From a virus (lineage: Duplodnaviria; Heunggongvirae; Uroviricota; Caudoviricetes): a DNA stretch of 48,556 bases. Numbering within the stretch: the first letter of the stretch is position 1; each line of letters begins with the position of its first letter. The position numbers and the translations under genes are program-made. Positions 1 through 10,376 of this stretch are shown here, in pieces. The notes under the pieces were generated by a model that saw only the letters and a list, made by a program, of their open reading frames with translations, was not told where the DNA came from and searched no databases. Location of the stretch: IMG/VR virus record IMGVR_UViG_2706794697_000013, one strand, 5' to 3'.

Positions 1-137
1 CACAACATCCGAGGACAGCATCGTCCGCTGGCCCACAGAAGTCCGGAAAGTCATGGAAGGTCGTTGTTGGGAGGAGGTACAAATTCTCTCATGCAAAAAA
101 TACGTAAAATCGATAATAGCTGGAAATAATTCAATAC

Positions 138-198
138 ATGCACTCTCGAAAGTGCATCAGCCAACCGCAGAACGTTATTGCATACAACGTTTCTGCGG
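138..198 (-). terminator. Two adjacent hairpins 3' of tfa (candidate end of late operon)
   Basis: Inverted repeats ATGCACTCTCGAAAGTGCAT (138-158) and CCGCAGAACGTT..AACGTTTCTGCGG (166-198) just past the tfa stop; no clean U-run, so weak. Confidence 0.25.
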
Positions 199-212
199 CA
201 TAATCCCAATGA

Positions 213-797
213 TTACTCCCTGACAGGGTTCGTAGGCCACTCAATATCAGGTGCAGTTGACGTATCAACACGGTTCAGCAATACCCGATACTTTTTCCAT
301 GCTTCCAGCAACGAGATTTCTTCCTCCGTTGCAATTTCCAGATCTGCAGCATCCTGAAGCGGCGCAATATGCTCACTGGCTACCTGCATCAGGTTGTTTT
401 TTGTTTCTTCCGCCTCCCGGATCCGGAACAGTTTTTCTGCTTCCGTATCCTTCACCCAGGCTGTGCCGTTCCACTTCTGAAACTCCCCTTCCGGCGATAA
501 CCAGGTAACATTTTCCGGTAACGGACCGAGTTCAGAAATAAATAACGCGTCGCCGGAAGCCACGTCATAAACCGTTTTACCCCGATGATCTTCAACGAGA
601 TGCCACGATGACTCATCACTGTTGAAAACAGCCACGAAGCCAGCCGGAATATCTGGCGGTGCAATATCGGTACTGTTTGCTGGCAGACCTGTATGAGGCG
701 GAATATATGCATCACCTTCACCAATAAATTCATTAGTTCCGGCCAGCAGATTATAAATTTTTATGGTCCGTGGTTGTTCACTCATTCTGAATGCCAT
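213..797 (-). CDS. tfa: Tail fibre assembly protein (lambda Tfa / TfaR-like)
   Basis: 194 aa ORF immediately after the stf stop (shared boundary at 797); sequence pattern as recalled for lambda Tfa. Confidence 0.85.
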   Translation of the reverse strand: MAFRMSEQPRTIKIYNLLAGTNEFIGEGDAYIPPHTGLPANSTDIAPPDIPAGFVAVFNSDESSWHLVEDHRGKTVYDVASGDALFISELGPLPENVTWLSPEGEFQKWNGTAWVKDTEAEKLFRIREAEETKNNLMQVASEHIAPLQDAADLEIATEEEISLLEAWKKYRVLLNRVDTSTAPDIEWPTNPVRE

Positions 798-3757
798 TAT
801 GCAAGCCTCACAATATAGTTAAATGCGATGTTTTTGACGGTGTTTTCCGCGTTACCAGCAGCGTTAACGGTGATGGTGTGTCCATGTGAACCAATCGCAA
901 CGGAGTGCGTATGAGCACCAATACCGACAGTATGCGCGTGTGCACCTGCAGATGCTGCTGTGCCGGACAGTGAATGGCTATGATTACCATCTATACTGGT
1001 ATTCGCTAACCACCCCGTAGACATACCTACTGAGCCTTGTACACCCCAGGTATTTTGACCTGAGCTTGTATAACCATATTGATAAGTATCTTTAAAAACA
1101 CTGGGGTTAAATCGACGGCCATCTCTATGGCTGTGATTACCAGCTGCATTCGTGCTGCCACTTAAACTATGGGTATGCGCACCAGTGTTATTCGTGGATT
1201 TAGTGCCGTAATCAAACGACGATGTGGTTTTCGTCCCCAAATCCGTACTGGATGCGCTGGCGCTGTGGGTATGCGATTTAATGCCGTCCTGTTCCTGAGA
1301 CAATACGGCCCGACCACTGGCAGGTTTGCCCTTAATCGTCCAGCCACGCATATCAGGGATCACGCCTGACGGATAAGCCGCTGCAAGTTTCGGGTATGCA
1401 GATTTGTCAAAAGCCTGCCCCTGCATCAGGGCATAGCCAGACGGAACGGTATCTGATGGCCACGGGATTGGTGCGCCAGGCGGATAAAACTGCTCTGATG
1501 GCGTATAGAGTGAATAAACTGTACCGTCCGTTAACCCTTCCGGCTTATTAGCAGAATATGCTGGTGACGTATGAATCGTCACGCTGGCATTACTGGTATA
1601 ATCCCATTGAATATTTACACCAGTCGCATAATTTCCGATTGCAACGTAAATATCGTAAGTATCACCAGATGTATTAACCCAGGCAAAATTTGTAAACCCT
1701 GTCAATGTGCGCTGCCATAAAGCACCAGTAATCCCCTTCGGATTACCATTACCTGCACGTAAAACAAGTTCAGATATACCTGCCTGTTGAGGTGACCCCA
1801 CGTTAAATCCAGCGCCACCAATCAACGTAATTGAAACAACAGAACTCGCCTGTGGCATGGTTACCGTTGCTAATTTGAACCAACCAGCACCACCGCTGAA
1901 TGACATTGTTGTTGAGTTAAGCGTACCAATATCTTTCGGCGTCAGTGTTATATCCGCTGAAAGCGCCTTACCATTCACCTTACGGGCAGAAGGTACCCGA
2001 CCATTCGCATTGTCATTAGCTGCTTTCACTGCTTTCGGTGTCGCAGCAAGCGTTTCAGATGTGCTGTTGGTTGCACTACTGAGCTGGACAATTCCTTTTT
2101 GTGCTGTCGTAGCGTCCTGTGCGGTGTATTTCCCGTTAGCCAGGTCATACGCGGCCTTAACGGCTTTTGGCGTTGCCGCCTGTGACTCGGAAGTGCTGTT
2201 AGTCGCACTGCTGAGCTGAACTATCCCTTTCTGTGCTGTCGTTGCATCCTGTGCGGTGTATTTCCCGTTAGCCAGGTCATACGCGGCCTTAACGGCTTTT
2301 GGCGTTGCCGCCTGTGACTCGGAAGTGCTGTTGGTCGCACTGCTGAGCTGTACTATCCCCTTTTTCGTCGTGCTCGCATCCTCAAGCGCCACGGCGGATG
2401 CAATATCCTCTGCCCGTTTTGCTGCTGTCTCGGCGCGCGTTGCCGCGGATTCCGCCGTACTTTTGCTCTGTGCTGCCGCTGCCGCACTGCCAGCAGCCTC
2501 TGTCGCCTTCGTGGATGCCGTCGTGGCGCTGCCCCTCGCTGCTGACGCCTGTCTGGTCGCCTCATCTTTTGAAGCAGACGCAGATGATGCCGATGACGCC
2601 GCCGAACTGGCGGACGATGCGGCAGCCGTTTTTGAGGATTCTGCGCTGGTTTCCGACGCTTTCGCGTTCGTTTCGGATGTCTTCGCTGCGGAAGCAGACC
2701 TCGCTGCTGCGCTGGCCTGTTCAGTGGCTTCGCCAGCCTTCGTTGTGGCTGTTGAAGCGGATGATGCGGCGCTTTCTGCCGATTTTCCGGCGGCGGTGGC
2801 ACTGACTGCTGCCTCCTCTGCCTTAATGGACGCCTCACGGGCCGATGATGCAGCTGCTGTCTCAGAGTCTGCCGCAGCTGAGGCGCTCTGTTCCGCTGCC
2901 GTTTCAGAAGACTTAGCATTCGTCTCGGACGTTTTTGCCGCCTTCACGGAATTTCCTGCCGCCGTTGCCGAGGAGGCTGCACTGCTGGCGCTTGTGGAGG
3001 CGTTCGTTTCTGATGATTTTGCCGCCTCTTTGGAGGCCGCCGCATCTCTGGCTGAAGTGGCGGCTTCTGACGCTTTCGTTGTCGCAGTGGATGCAGAAGT
3101 GGCTGCTGATTTTTGTGACGCTGCAGCATTCGTTTCTGACGTTTTCGCCGCACCGGCACTGGTGGCCGCCGCGCTTTTTGAGGACTCTGCAGCGGCAGCA
3201 CTTTTTGATGCTTCAGTGGCCTTTGTTGATGCCGTTCCTGCGCTGGAAGACGCCTCCTGAGCCGAAGTCGCGGCCTGTCCGGCTGACGTGCTGGCTGCAC
3301 GCGCTGAGCCTGCAGCATCAGTCGCATGGGTTGCCGCCTCACGGGCAGATGTGCCGGCATCACTGGCTGACTTCTTCGCGGCTGCCGTGTTCTGTGCCAC
3401 CGCGGACGCGTTACGCGCCACCTCTTCCACCATCAGTTCAAAACGGCGCAGAGCCTCCGGACGGGCATCATCCTCCGTCATGGCACCGAGAAAATCATTC
3501 AGCGTACCGGGTCGGGAATCTTCATACACAGTGATGGTCCCGGCATGTGACGGCGGGAATCCTTCCACCAACAGAATAACGCTGTACTGACCGTACTCAA
3601 CGTCCATGCTGTAACGCCCGGCTTCATCCGGATTTTCTGAGGCCAGCGTGTTCACCACCACCGTGGTGCTGTTACGTTTTGCTTTCAGCTGGATTGTGCA
3701 GTTCTGTACCGGTTTTCCTGTGCCGTCTTTCAGTACACCTGAAATCTTTACTGCCAT
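797..3757 (-). CDS. stf: Side tail fibre protein (lambda Stf / StfR-like)
   Basis: N-terminus [20 protein letters not shown] as in lambda Stf (ORF track starts 2 codons earlier at a GTG); long Ala/Ser-rich shaft; C-terminal part differs from lambda. Confidence 0.85.
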   Translation of the reverse strand: MAVKISGVLKDGTGKPVQNCTIQLKAKRNSTTVVVNTLASENPDEAGRYSMDVEYGQYSVILLVEGFPPSHAGTITVYEDSRPGTLNDFLGAMTEDDARPEALRRFELMVEEVARNASAVAQNTAAAKKSASDAGTSAREAATHATDAAGSARAASTSAGQAATSAQEASSSAGTASTKATEASKSAAAAESSKSAAATSAGAAKTSETNAAASQKSAATSASTATTKASEAATSARDAAASKEAAKSSETNASTSASSAASSATAAGNSVKAAKTSETNAKSSETAAEQSASAAADSETAAASSAREASIKAEEAAVSATAAGKSAESAASSASTATTKAGEATEQASAAARSASAAKTSETNAKASETSAESSKTAAASSASSAASSASSASASKDEATRQASAARGSATTASTKATEAAGSAAAAAQSKSTAESAATRAETAAKRAEDIASAVALEDASTTKKGIVQLSSATNSTSESQAATPKAVKAAYDLANGKYTAQDATTAQKGIVQLSSATNSTSESQAATPKAVKAAYDLANGKYTAQDATTAQKGIVQLSSATNSTSETLAATPKAVKAANDNANGRVPSARKVNGKALSADITLTPKDIGTLNSTTMSFSGGAGWFKLATVTMPQASSVVSITLIGGAGFNVGSPQQAGISELVLRAGNGNPKGITGALWQRTLTGFTNFAWVNTSGDTYDIYVAIGNYATGVNIQWDYTSNASVTIHTSPAYSANKPEGLTDGTVYSLYTPSEQFYPPGAPIPWPSDTVPSGYALMQGQAFDKSAYPKLAAAYPSGVIPDMRGWTIKGKPASGRAVLSQEQDGIKSHTHSASASSTDLGTKTTSSFDYGTKSTNNTGAHTHSLSGSTNAAGNHSHRDGRRFNPSVFKDTYQYGYTSSGQNTWGVQGSVGMSTGWLANTSIDGNHSHSLSGTAASAGAHAHTVGIGAHTHSVAIGSHGHTITVNAAGNAENTVKNIAFNYIVRLA
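1990..2350. repeat. Tandem 132-bp repeat inside stf (44-aa fibre repeat, 2 full copies plus a diverged third)
   Basis: gcggtgtatttcccgttagccaggtcatacgcggccttaacggcttttggcgttgccgcctgtgactcggaagtgctgtt recurs at 2121 and 2253; protein repeat [44 protein letters not shown]. Confidence 0.8.
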
Positions 3758-3764
3758 ATTCACC

Positions 3765-3795
3765 CCACAAAAAAGCCCGCCTGAACCGGCGGGCT
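3765..3795 (-). terminator. Rho-independent terminator after lom
   Basis: Minus strand AGCCCGCC-ggttca-GGCGGGCU followed by UUUUUUG, between the lom stop and the stf start. Confidence 0.6.
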
Positions 3796-3821
3796 GTCAT
3801 AACACTGTGTTACCTGGCTAA

Positions 3822-4473
3822 TCAGAATTTATAACCGACACCCACGATGAAACCGTCAGTGCGCCAGTCGCCACTGCCGGAGCCTTCATAAGCAATATCA
3901 ATGGCCACGGATTCGGTCGGGTTAAACTGCACGCCAGCTCCCCACGCCAGAGACGTGTTGCTGTGGCGACCGTCATCACTTCCGGTCAGCACGTCGTGCG
4001 TTTTCCCCTTGTTGTCAGTTACGCGGAGATAATCCCCGGAGAAAGTCGACACACGGCTGTAAGCCACACCCGCCATCGCATACGCGCTGAACCATTCATT
4101 CACGCGCACAGACGGCCCCGCCATTACGCTGAACCAGCGGTTACGAACGGAATCTTCATGCCAGCGGGTATCGCTGTAACGGGTCAGCTGGCGATTCTTG
4201 TCTCCTGCATAGCTGAATGACGTCACCAGCCCCAGNNNNNNNNNNNNNNNNNNNNNNNNNNNNNNNNNNNNNNNNNNNNNNNNNNNNNNNNTCCGTAAAC
4301 TCATAACGGTATTTCACGTTAATCCCGTTCAGATCATCACTGCCGGGAACGTTGGTCCGGGCATGAAGATACCCCGCGCTCAGCGTGGACTGATGTTCAG
4401 ACGCCCATGCAGGCGCACCGGATACGGCCAGACAAATGGCTGCGGACAAAATTGCTGCACAAACTTTACGCAT
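3822..4473 (-). CDS. lom: Lom-like outer membrane protein (interrupted by an N-run at 4236-4291)
   Basis: N-terminus MRKVCAAILSAAICLAVSGAPAWASEHQSTLSAGYLHA and C-terminal beta-barrel sequence as recalled for lambda Lom; two ORF-track pieces are in frame across the N-run. Confidence 0.75.
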
Positions 4474-4495
4474 AATTACCTCTCGCTTTTCTGCA

Positions 4496-4521
4496 ATAAA
4501 AAAGGCGTCATTCCTGACGCC
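4496..4521 (-). terminator. Rho-independent terminator after J
   Basis: Minus strand GGCGUCA-ggaa-UGACGCC followed by UUUUUUAUU, then the lom RBS GAGAGG. Confidence 0.6.
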
Positions 4522-4543
4522 CTTTATTGGGGTTATAAATATT

Positions 4544-7500
4544 TCAACGAATACTGATGCCGGAAGCCGCTTTTTTGGTCACAATCACCGTACAGTCGGT
4601 GATATTGCCTGCCCCCTGATTGCCTTTCTGGAAAATCTTAAACTCCAGAGTGACGCTACCACCACCACTAGGCATATCAATAACTGCACTGTAACTACCG
4701 GGAATGGCCCCTTTAGTTTCTCTGGATGCGATTAATACGCCGTTTTTGCGAACTTCAAAACCATAACCCGTGTATCGCGTGCCTCCTGGGTTATTTCCGC
4801 TCCCCGGATCGTCATACGCTATACCGTTAAAAATAATGGGCGGAATAATAATCTGGCGGTCAAAGTTATGATCATCGCTGATGGTGACTGTAACCGTACC
4901 GTCTGGTGTTTCCGTGTTACCCCACGTACCGACTTTTTTCGGGAAGGCTTTTGATACAGCTTTAACGAAATCCCCTCTGACCTGGGTCGCCTCCAGCATG
5001 CCCTTAATCGTACAGTTCTGGTTAATCGTGACATTGTTGAGCGTTCCTGAGTTCGCATTCACACTACCACTGATATCCGCATTTTTAGCGGTCAGCTTTC
5101 CGTCTGATGTCAGGGAAAATACCGGAGGACTGCCACCGCTGGTAATGGCGGGGGCTGTCAGGCGCTTCAGGAACACGTCGTTCATGAATATCTGGTTGCC
5201 CTGCGCCACAAACATCGGCGTTTCATTCCCGTTTGCCGGGTCAATAAACGCGATACGATTGGCGGCAACCAGAAACTGGCTCAGCTTGCCTTCCTCCGTG
5301 TCCTCCATGCTGAGGCCAATACCCGCGACATAATGTTTGCCGTCTTTGGTCTGCTCAATTTTGACGCCCCACATCGCATTCCATTTATCGTTAGCGTCCT
5401 TCCACTCTTTCGAAAACTCATCCAGTCTGCTGGCGTTATCCTCCGTCAGATCAACTTTTTCCAGCAGCTCTTTACCGAGATGGGATTCGGTTATCTTGCC
5501 TTTGAAAAAATCCAGGTAACCTTCCGCATCATCGCTCGCCCGACCGACGGCCTCCACGAATGCCGATTTGCCAACGGTGTTCACACTGCGGATATAAAAG
5601 TAATAATCATGGCCCGGTTTGATATTGATACTGGCGGCTATCCAGTACAGCCCCGCGCCAAGGTAGCGGGCTGTGGTTTCAACCTGCCTGATATCGGTAA
5701 TCCGCGTTTCCGAGAACCAGAACTCAAACTGTACCGTCGGATCATAAACCGCAAGATGCGGCGTGGCAGTTATCTGAAAATAGCCCGGCGTCAGCTCAAT
5801 CCGCGACGGTGCTACCGGTGCGGCAATCCTGAACGATACCGACGCCGGATCGCCCTGCTGTCCCCAGGCATTTACCGCCCGGACTGTCAGCGTGTACCGT
5901 CCCAGCGCCAGTTGCGTGAAGCGGTATGTGGTTTCCGTCGTCCGGGCCGTGCTGACCAGCCGCTCACTGCCGTCATCCGCTGCCACGGTCAGGCGAAGCA
6001 TAAAGCTCACCCCCTTCACCACCTTCGGCGTGTCCCAGCGCGCCAGCACCTGATATTCCCCGCTGTCTGCGGTGACTTCGGCAGTCAGGTGCTGCACCGC
6101 TGGCGGCGTGACACCATTCACCGTGCCGCTCTGGTCGCCGTCAAAGTGCGCCCCGTTATCCACGATGGCTTCTTTTTCCGGTACATGCTGCACGGCAGTG
6201 ATGGCATACGTGCCGTCATCGTTCTCACGGATACTCACACAGCGGAACAGGCGCTGGCGCAACGTCGGCAGCTTCAGCCCCCACACGCTGTATTCAGCAA
6301 CGCCGTCAGGAACACGGCTCACTTTCACCTTCACGCCGTCGGTGACGGACTGAACCTCCACGCTGACCGGATTGCCACTTCCGTCAACCAGGCTTATCAG
6401 CATGGTACCGGAGGATGGCAGCGTGATTTCACGGTCGAGCGTCAGCGTCCGGGTCTGGCTGTTTACCGCCAGCACGCGCCCGCCGATGCTGATACCCGCA
6501 TAGTCATCATCACAGATTTCAATGACATCGCCCGGCACATGGCGAAGCCCTTCTGCGCCCACGCTGAAGTCCACGGTCTGCGTTTCCAGCAGTTCTGTTT
6601 TAATCAGCCACAGCCCGGCGCGGTGTGCCTGCCCCCGGCTGGTACAGCCAAAAGCATCCATCTTCGTGACGTTACGACCGTAACGGGCAATGGCCTGCGT
6701 ATCCTCCACAAGCTCTGTCGCCGTCTCCCAGCCGTTATCCGGGTCAATCCAGTTCACCTCAACGGCATTATGGCGGTCTTTCAGGGCGCTGAAGCTGTAG
6801 CGGAACGGCGCGCCATCATCCGGCATCACCACATTACTGCGGTTATAGGTCCACACCTTATCCGACGGTCGGTCCTGCACGAACGTCAGCGTCTGCCCGT
6901 TCCATACCGGCATACAGCGCATCGCCGAGCAGAAATCACTGAGCACATCCCACGCCTTGCGCTGTGTGGTCAGGTACGCATTACAGGTGATGCGCGGCTC
7001 CGTGCCGCCAAAGCCGTCCGGCACTGACTGGTCGCAGTACTGGCCGATGACATACAGCGCCCATTTGTCCACATCCGCCGCACCAAGACGTTTCCCCATG
7101 CCGTAGCGCGGGTGGGTCAGCATATCCCACAGACACCAGGCCATGTTGTTGCTGTATGCTGGTTTTAACGTTCCGTCCCAGATACCGCTGTATTGTCGCG
7201 TCTGCGGGTTATAGTTCGACGGCACCTGCAGAATGCGCCCGCGAAGATGATAATTACGACTCACCTGCTGGCTGCCGAACTGCTCCGAGTCCACCTGTAC
7301 GCCGACCAGTGCAGTGTTCGGGTAGCACTGTTTCACATCGATGATTTCGGTGTATGACGACCAGAGCGTTTTGTTCTGCAGCTGGTCTGTGGTGCTGTCC
7401 GGTGTCATCCTGCGCATCCGGATACTGAACGGGCGCGGAGGCAGGTTATCCACCACCACCGAGACCAGATACTGCGAGGTGGTTTTGCCCTTAATGGTGA

Positions 7501-7957
7501 TGTCTTTTTCCGTCACCCAGCCACCGTTACGCTGTATCTGAACCAGCAGGCGGACTTCCGACGGATTCCTGTCTCCCTTTGAGGTGGTTTCCACCAGTGC
7601 CTGTACACCGAAGGTAAAGCGCAGACGGTCGATGTTTGCCGACGTGATGGTCCGGGTGATCGGCGTGTCATATTTCACTTCCGTACCCAGCACCGTCTCG
7701 GAGCCGGAGGATTCAAACCCCTCCGGCGGTGACTGCTCCTGCTCACCTGCCCGGAACACCACCGTGACGCCGGAGATGTTGGTATTCCCCTCATTGTCCA
7801 GCACCGGCGTACTGTTCAGCAGCACGCTTTTTAATCCATCCACCGGACCTTCAACCGGCCCTTCACTGATGGCATCGATCACACTCAGCAGCTGCGTGGA
7901 CTTCAGGTTGTCCTTCGCTTCGCGCGGGGTATGCCCCTTACTGCTGCCTTTACCCAT
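4544..7957 (-). CDS. J: Tail tip host-specificity protein J (lambda J-like, divergent C-terminal receptor-binding region)
   Basis: 1137 aa; N-terminus [24 protein letters not shown] and most of the length follow lambda J as recalled; last ~150 aa differ. Confidence 0.9.
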   Translation of the reverse strand: MGKGSSKGHTPREAKDNLKSTQLLSVIDAISEGPVEGPVDGLKSVLLNSTPVLDNEGNTNISGVTVVFRAGEQEQSPPEGFESSGSETVLGTEVKYDTPITRTITSANIDRLRFTFGVQALVETTSKGDRNPSEVRLLVQIQRNGGWVTEKDITIKGKTTSQYLVSVVVDNLPPRPFSIRMRRMTPDSTTDQLQNKTLWSSYTEIIDVKQCYPNTALVGVQVDSEQFGSQQVSRNYHLRGRILQVPSNYNPQTRQYSGIWDGTLKPAYSNNMAWCLWDMLTHPRYGMGKRLGAADVDKWALYVIGQYCDQSVPDGFGGTEPRITCNAYLTTQRKAWDVLSDFCSAMRCMPVWNGQTLTFVQDRPSDKVWTYNRSNVVMPDDGAPFRYSFSALKDRHNAVEVNWIDPDNGWETATELVEDTQAIARYGRNVTKMDAFGCTSRGQAHRAGLWLIKTELLETQTVDFSVGAEGLRHVPGDVIEICDDDYAGISIGGRVLAVNSQTRTLTLDREITLPSSGTMLISLVDGSGNPVSVEVQSVTDGVKVKVSRVPDGVAEYSVWGLKLPTLRQRLFRCVSIRENDDGTYAITAVQHVPEKEAIVDNGAHFDGDQSGTVNGVTPPAVQHLTAEVTADSGEYQVLARWDTPKVVKGVSFMLRLTVAADDGSERLVSTARTTETTYRFTQLALGRYTLTVRAVNAWGQQGDPASVSFRIAAPVAPSRIELTPGYFQITATPHLAVYDPTVQFEFWFSETRITDIRQVETTARYLGAGLYWIAASINIKPGHDYYFYIRSVNTVGKSAFVEAVGRASDDAEGYLDFFKGKITESHLGKELLEKVDLTEDNASRLDEFSKEWKDANDKWNAMWGVKIEQTKDGKHYVAGIGLSMEDTEEGKLSQFLVAANRIAFIDPANGNETPMFVAQGNQIFMNDVFLKRLTAPAITSGGSPPVFSLTSDGKLTAKNADISGSVNANSGTLNNVTINQNCTIKGMLEATQVRGDFVKAVSKAFPKKVGTWGNTETPDGTVTVTISDDHNFDRQIIIPPIIFNGIAYDDPGSGNNPGGTRYTGYGFEVRKNGVLIASRETKGAIPGSYSAVIDMPSGGGSVTLEFKIFQKGNQGAGNITDCTVIVTKKAASGISIR

Positions 7958-8017
7958 TCCTCACGCTCCATAAACGACAAAACCGCCCGCAGGCGGTTTC
8001 TCATAAAACATTTTGCA

Positions 8018-8665
8018 TCAGCGACCAATCACCACAACCTGACCACCATCCCCTTCGTCTGCCGTGCTGATCTCCTGAGAAACCACACGTGACCCCACGC
8101 GCATTTCCCCGTACAGAACAGGCAGAACATTACCCTGGGCAACCATGTTATCCAGTGACGAGAAATACGTGTTCTGTTTGCCGTTATCTGTACTGGCTGC
8201 CGTGGGCGTCCTGGCTTTCGGTGCCAGCATCTGCGCCACACCACCCAGGATCATACTGGCCCCTGCTGCATACATACCCGATACAGCCGCGGCCCCCAGC
8301 CAGCCCACAGGGTTCCACCATGCCACCGCAATCAGCGCCGCACCCAGCACCGCCTGAAACACACCGCCACTTTTGGCACCCGCCAGACGCGGAACGATGT
8401 GGATCACGGCACCATTTGCCAGCGGTTCATTAAGACGGGCAGATAATTCATTTTCGCCTGCATCACGCCCGGCAATGCGCACCTGATACCAGCCGTCGCT
8501 CAGTTTCTGACGAAATGCCGGGAGCTGTGTGGCCAGTGCCCGGATGGCTTCGGCCCCCGTTTTCACACGAAGGTCGATGCGGCGGCCAAATCGCTGCAAA
8601 TCCCCGTAAAGGCAGATGCGTGCCATGCCCGGTGACGCCAGAGGGAGTGTGTGCGTCGCTGCCAT
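8018..8665 (-). CDS. Tail assembly protein I-like
   Basis: 215 aa ORF between J and K in lambda gene order; start overlaps the end of K. Confidence 0.7.
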   Translation of the reverse strand: MAATHTLPLASPGMARICLYGDLQRFGRRIDLRVKTGAEAIRALATQLPAFRQKLSDGWYQVRIAGRDAGENELSARLNEPLANGAVIHIVPRLAGAKSGGVFQAVLGAALIAVAWWNPVGWLGAAAVSGMYAAGASMILGGVAQMLAPKARTPTAASTDNGKQNTYFSSLDNMVAQGNVLPVLYGEMRVGSRVVSQEISTADEGDGGQVVVIGR

Positions 8666-9291
8666 TTGTCGGTGTACCTCTCTCGTTTACTCAGTTGTTC
8701 AGGAATATGGTGCAGCAGCTCGCCGTCACCACAGTAAATGGCGGCATGATTCGGCACCGATGAACCAAAACAGCACAGCAGCACATCGCCCGGCTGCGCC
8801 GTTGACAACGGCACCTGATACAGCCCTGTAGCCTCCAGATTATCCAGATAGAGATTCTGACCATTACGCCACCAGTCGTCCTCACGATGAAAATCTGGCA
8901 TCTCAATTCCCGCCAGATGGTAAGCGTCCCGGAACAGCGTGTAACAGTCCGTCACCCCGTGCTCAAAGCGCCGCCCGGTGAGATGCGGCACACAGCGGAA
9001 CTNNNNNNNNNNNNNNNNNNNNNNNNNNNNNNNNNNNNNNNNNNNNNNNNNNNNNNNNNNNNNNNNNNNNNNNNNNNNNNNNNNNNNNNNNNNNNNNNNN
9101 NNNNNNNNNNNNNNNNNNNNNNNNNNNNNNNNNNNNNNNNNNNNNNNNNNNNNNNNNNNNNNNNNNNNNNNNNNNNNNNNNNNNNNNNNNNNNNNNNNNN
9201 NNNNNNNNNNNNNNNNNNNNNNNNNNNNNNNNNNNNNNNNNNNNNNNNNNNNNNNNNNNNNNNNNNNNNNNNNNNNNNNNNNNNNNNGCAC
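8563..9291 (-). CDS. Tail assembly protein K-like (NlpC/P60-type); N-terminal part masked by N-run 9003-9287
   Basis: Unmasked C-terminal part (..VPNHAAIYCGDGELLHHIPEQLSKRERYTDKWQRR..) resembles lambda K as recalled; boundaries uncertain because of masking. Confidence 0.55.
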   Translation of the reverse strand: MXXXXXXXXXXXXXXXXXXXXXXXXXXXXXXXXXXXXXXXXXXXXXXXXXXXXXXXXXXXXXXXXXXXXXXXXXXXXXXXXXXXXXXXXXXXXXXXXFRCVPHLTGRRFEHGVTDCYTLFRDAYHLAGIEMPDFHREDDWWRNGQNLYLDNLEATGLYQVPLSTAQPGDVLLCCFGSSVPNHAAIYCGDGELLHHIPEQLSKRERYTDKWQRRTHSLWRHRAWHASAFTGICSDLAAASTFV

Positions 9292-9339
9292 ATCGCCGGG
9301 CGTGCGCCAGAATCGCTGATTCTGTCTGTGTCATGGGAT

Positions 9340-10038
9340 TTACTGCGAAAGTTTGTTAATGGAAAGGAAGCCGCCAAAGTTGCCGACGTTATTGCGGAAC
9401 TTACAACCGCTCAGGCATTTGCTGCATTTATCCTTCGTGATATCGGACGTTGGCTGGTCATATTCATCCGCGACAGCCGGACCGTGATAACCGCACTCAT
9501 CACCGCGATAGGTCCAGGTGCAGGTATTAGCAAGCATGATGCGCCCCGGAAAAACAGCGCCGTCCGTTTCCGTCGGCGTGGACAGTACAAAGGAGGCACT
9601 GACCGCGCTCAGTTCGCTGCACTGCTCAATACGCCAGCGGCTGATCACCTCCTGCTCCGGATCGGCGTCACTGTTTCCGTTGACGAAGTTCACCGCATCC
9701 AGAAAACGGGCGTAAACCTTACGCCTGACCACCGTTCCGCCGACCAGACTCTGCAGGTCTTCCGCCATCCCGGTGACCATGCCGTGCAGATTAGAGACTT
9801 TCAGCGTTGGCCTTGCACTGGCACCTTTGCCGTTCATCTCAAATCCACTCCCCTGAATGGGATAGGCCTGATACTGCCGACTCTGCCAGGTGACAGACTC
9901 TCCTTTCTCGTTCTGCTCATTGCAGAAAAAGTAGCGATCCCCGCCTACCTCGGTCAGGTCGATTTCCCAGAGCACCACGCTGGCCGACTGCTCCGCACGA
10001 ATGCATTCATTCAGCGTTTCCTGTTGTATGTCCTGCAT
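9340..10038 (-). CDS. L: Minor tail protein L
   Basis: 232 aa, [33 protein letters not shown].. closely follows lambda L as recalled, same length. Confidence 0.85.
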   Translation of the reverse strand: MQDIQQETLNECIRAEQSASVVLWEIDLTEVGGDRYFFCNEQNEKGESVTWQSRQYQAYPIQGSGFEMNGKGASARPTLKVSNLHGMVTGMAEDLQSLVGGTVVRRKVYARFLDAVNFVNGNSDADPEQEVISRWRIEQCSELSAVSASFVLSTPTETDGAVFPGRIMLANTCTWTYRGDECGYHGPAVADEYDQPTSDITKDKCSKCLSGCKFRNNVGNFGGFLSINKLSQ

Positions 10039-10376
10039 CAGATCACCACTTCGTCAAACTGACACGAAAAATCGGTATAGGTGATATGTTCTGTCGCTGA
10101 CCACGTTCGACACACCACTCTGATTTTTCTGTTAATACCCGGCGGGCGCCAAAAAAAAGATTTATAGCCTTCATGCCGGGCTAAAAATTTTTCAAATGAA
10201 TCACGTTCATTCGCCTCAACTTTGAAATCACAGGTGAAAACGCGCAGAGAATGATTAAGTCCATTTGGACTTCGTTGCTCATAACCATCACCAAATCTTA
10301 CAGTTTTTATCGATGGTTTATTTTCTGTTTTCATTCCATCCTCTGGTAACCAGTGAAATTCTTCCGTATTAGCCAC
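10038..10376 (-). CDS. Minor tail protein M-like
   Basis: 112 aa with the [10 protein letters not shown] motif, positioned between tape measure and L. Confidence 0.7.
   Translation of the reverse strand: MANTEEFHWLPEDGMKTENKPSIKTVRFGDGYEQRSPNGLNHSLRVFTCDFKVEANERDSFEKFLARHEGYKSFFWRPPGINRKIRVVCRTWSATEHITYTDFSCQFDEVVI

Noticed and set aside
1-129. Partial plus-strand ORF running in from the window edge
   Set aside because: Only 42 codons with no recognisable motif; it does not resemble the C-terminus of a Pin/Gin invertase, which K-12 has next to tfaR.
2256-3260. 334-aa plus-strand ORF and several 100-200 aa ORFs inside stf
   Set aside because: Antisense or out-of-frame readings of the repetitive Ala/Ser-rich tail fibre gene; the low-complexity translations are artefacts.
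5333-7027. 564-aa plus-strand ORF
   Set aside because: Lies entirely antisense to the well-supported J gene in GC-rich sequence; Arg/Pro-rich shadow ORF with no RBS or homology.
8887-10062. 391-aa plus-strand ORF
   Set aside because: Spans an N-run and lies antisense to the L and K tail genes; artefact of masking and an open antisense frame.
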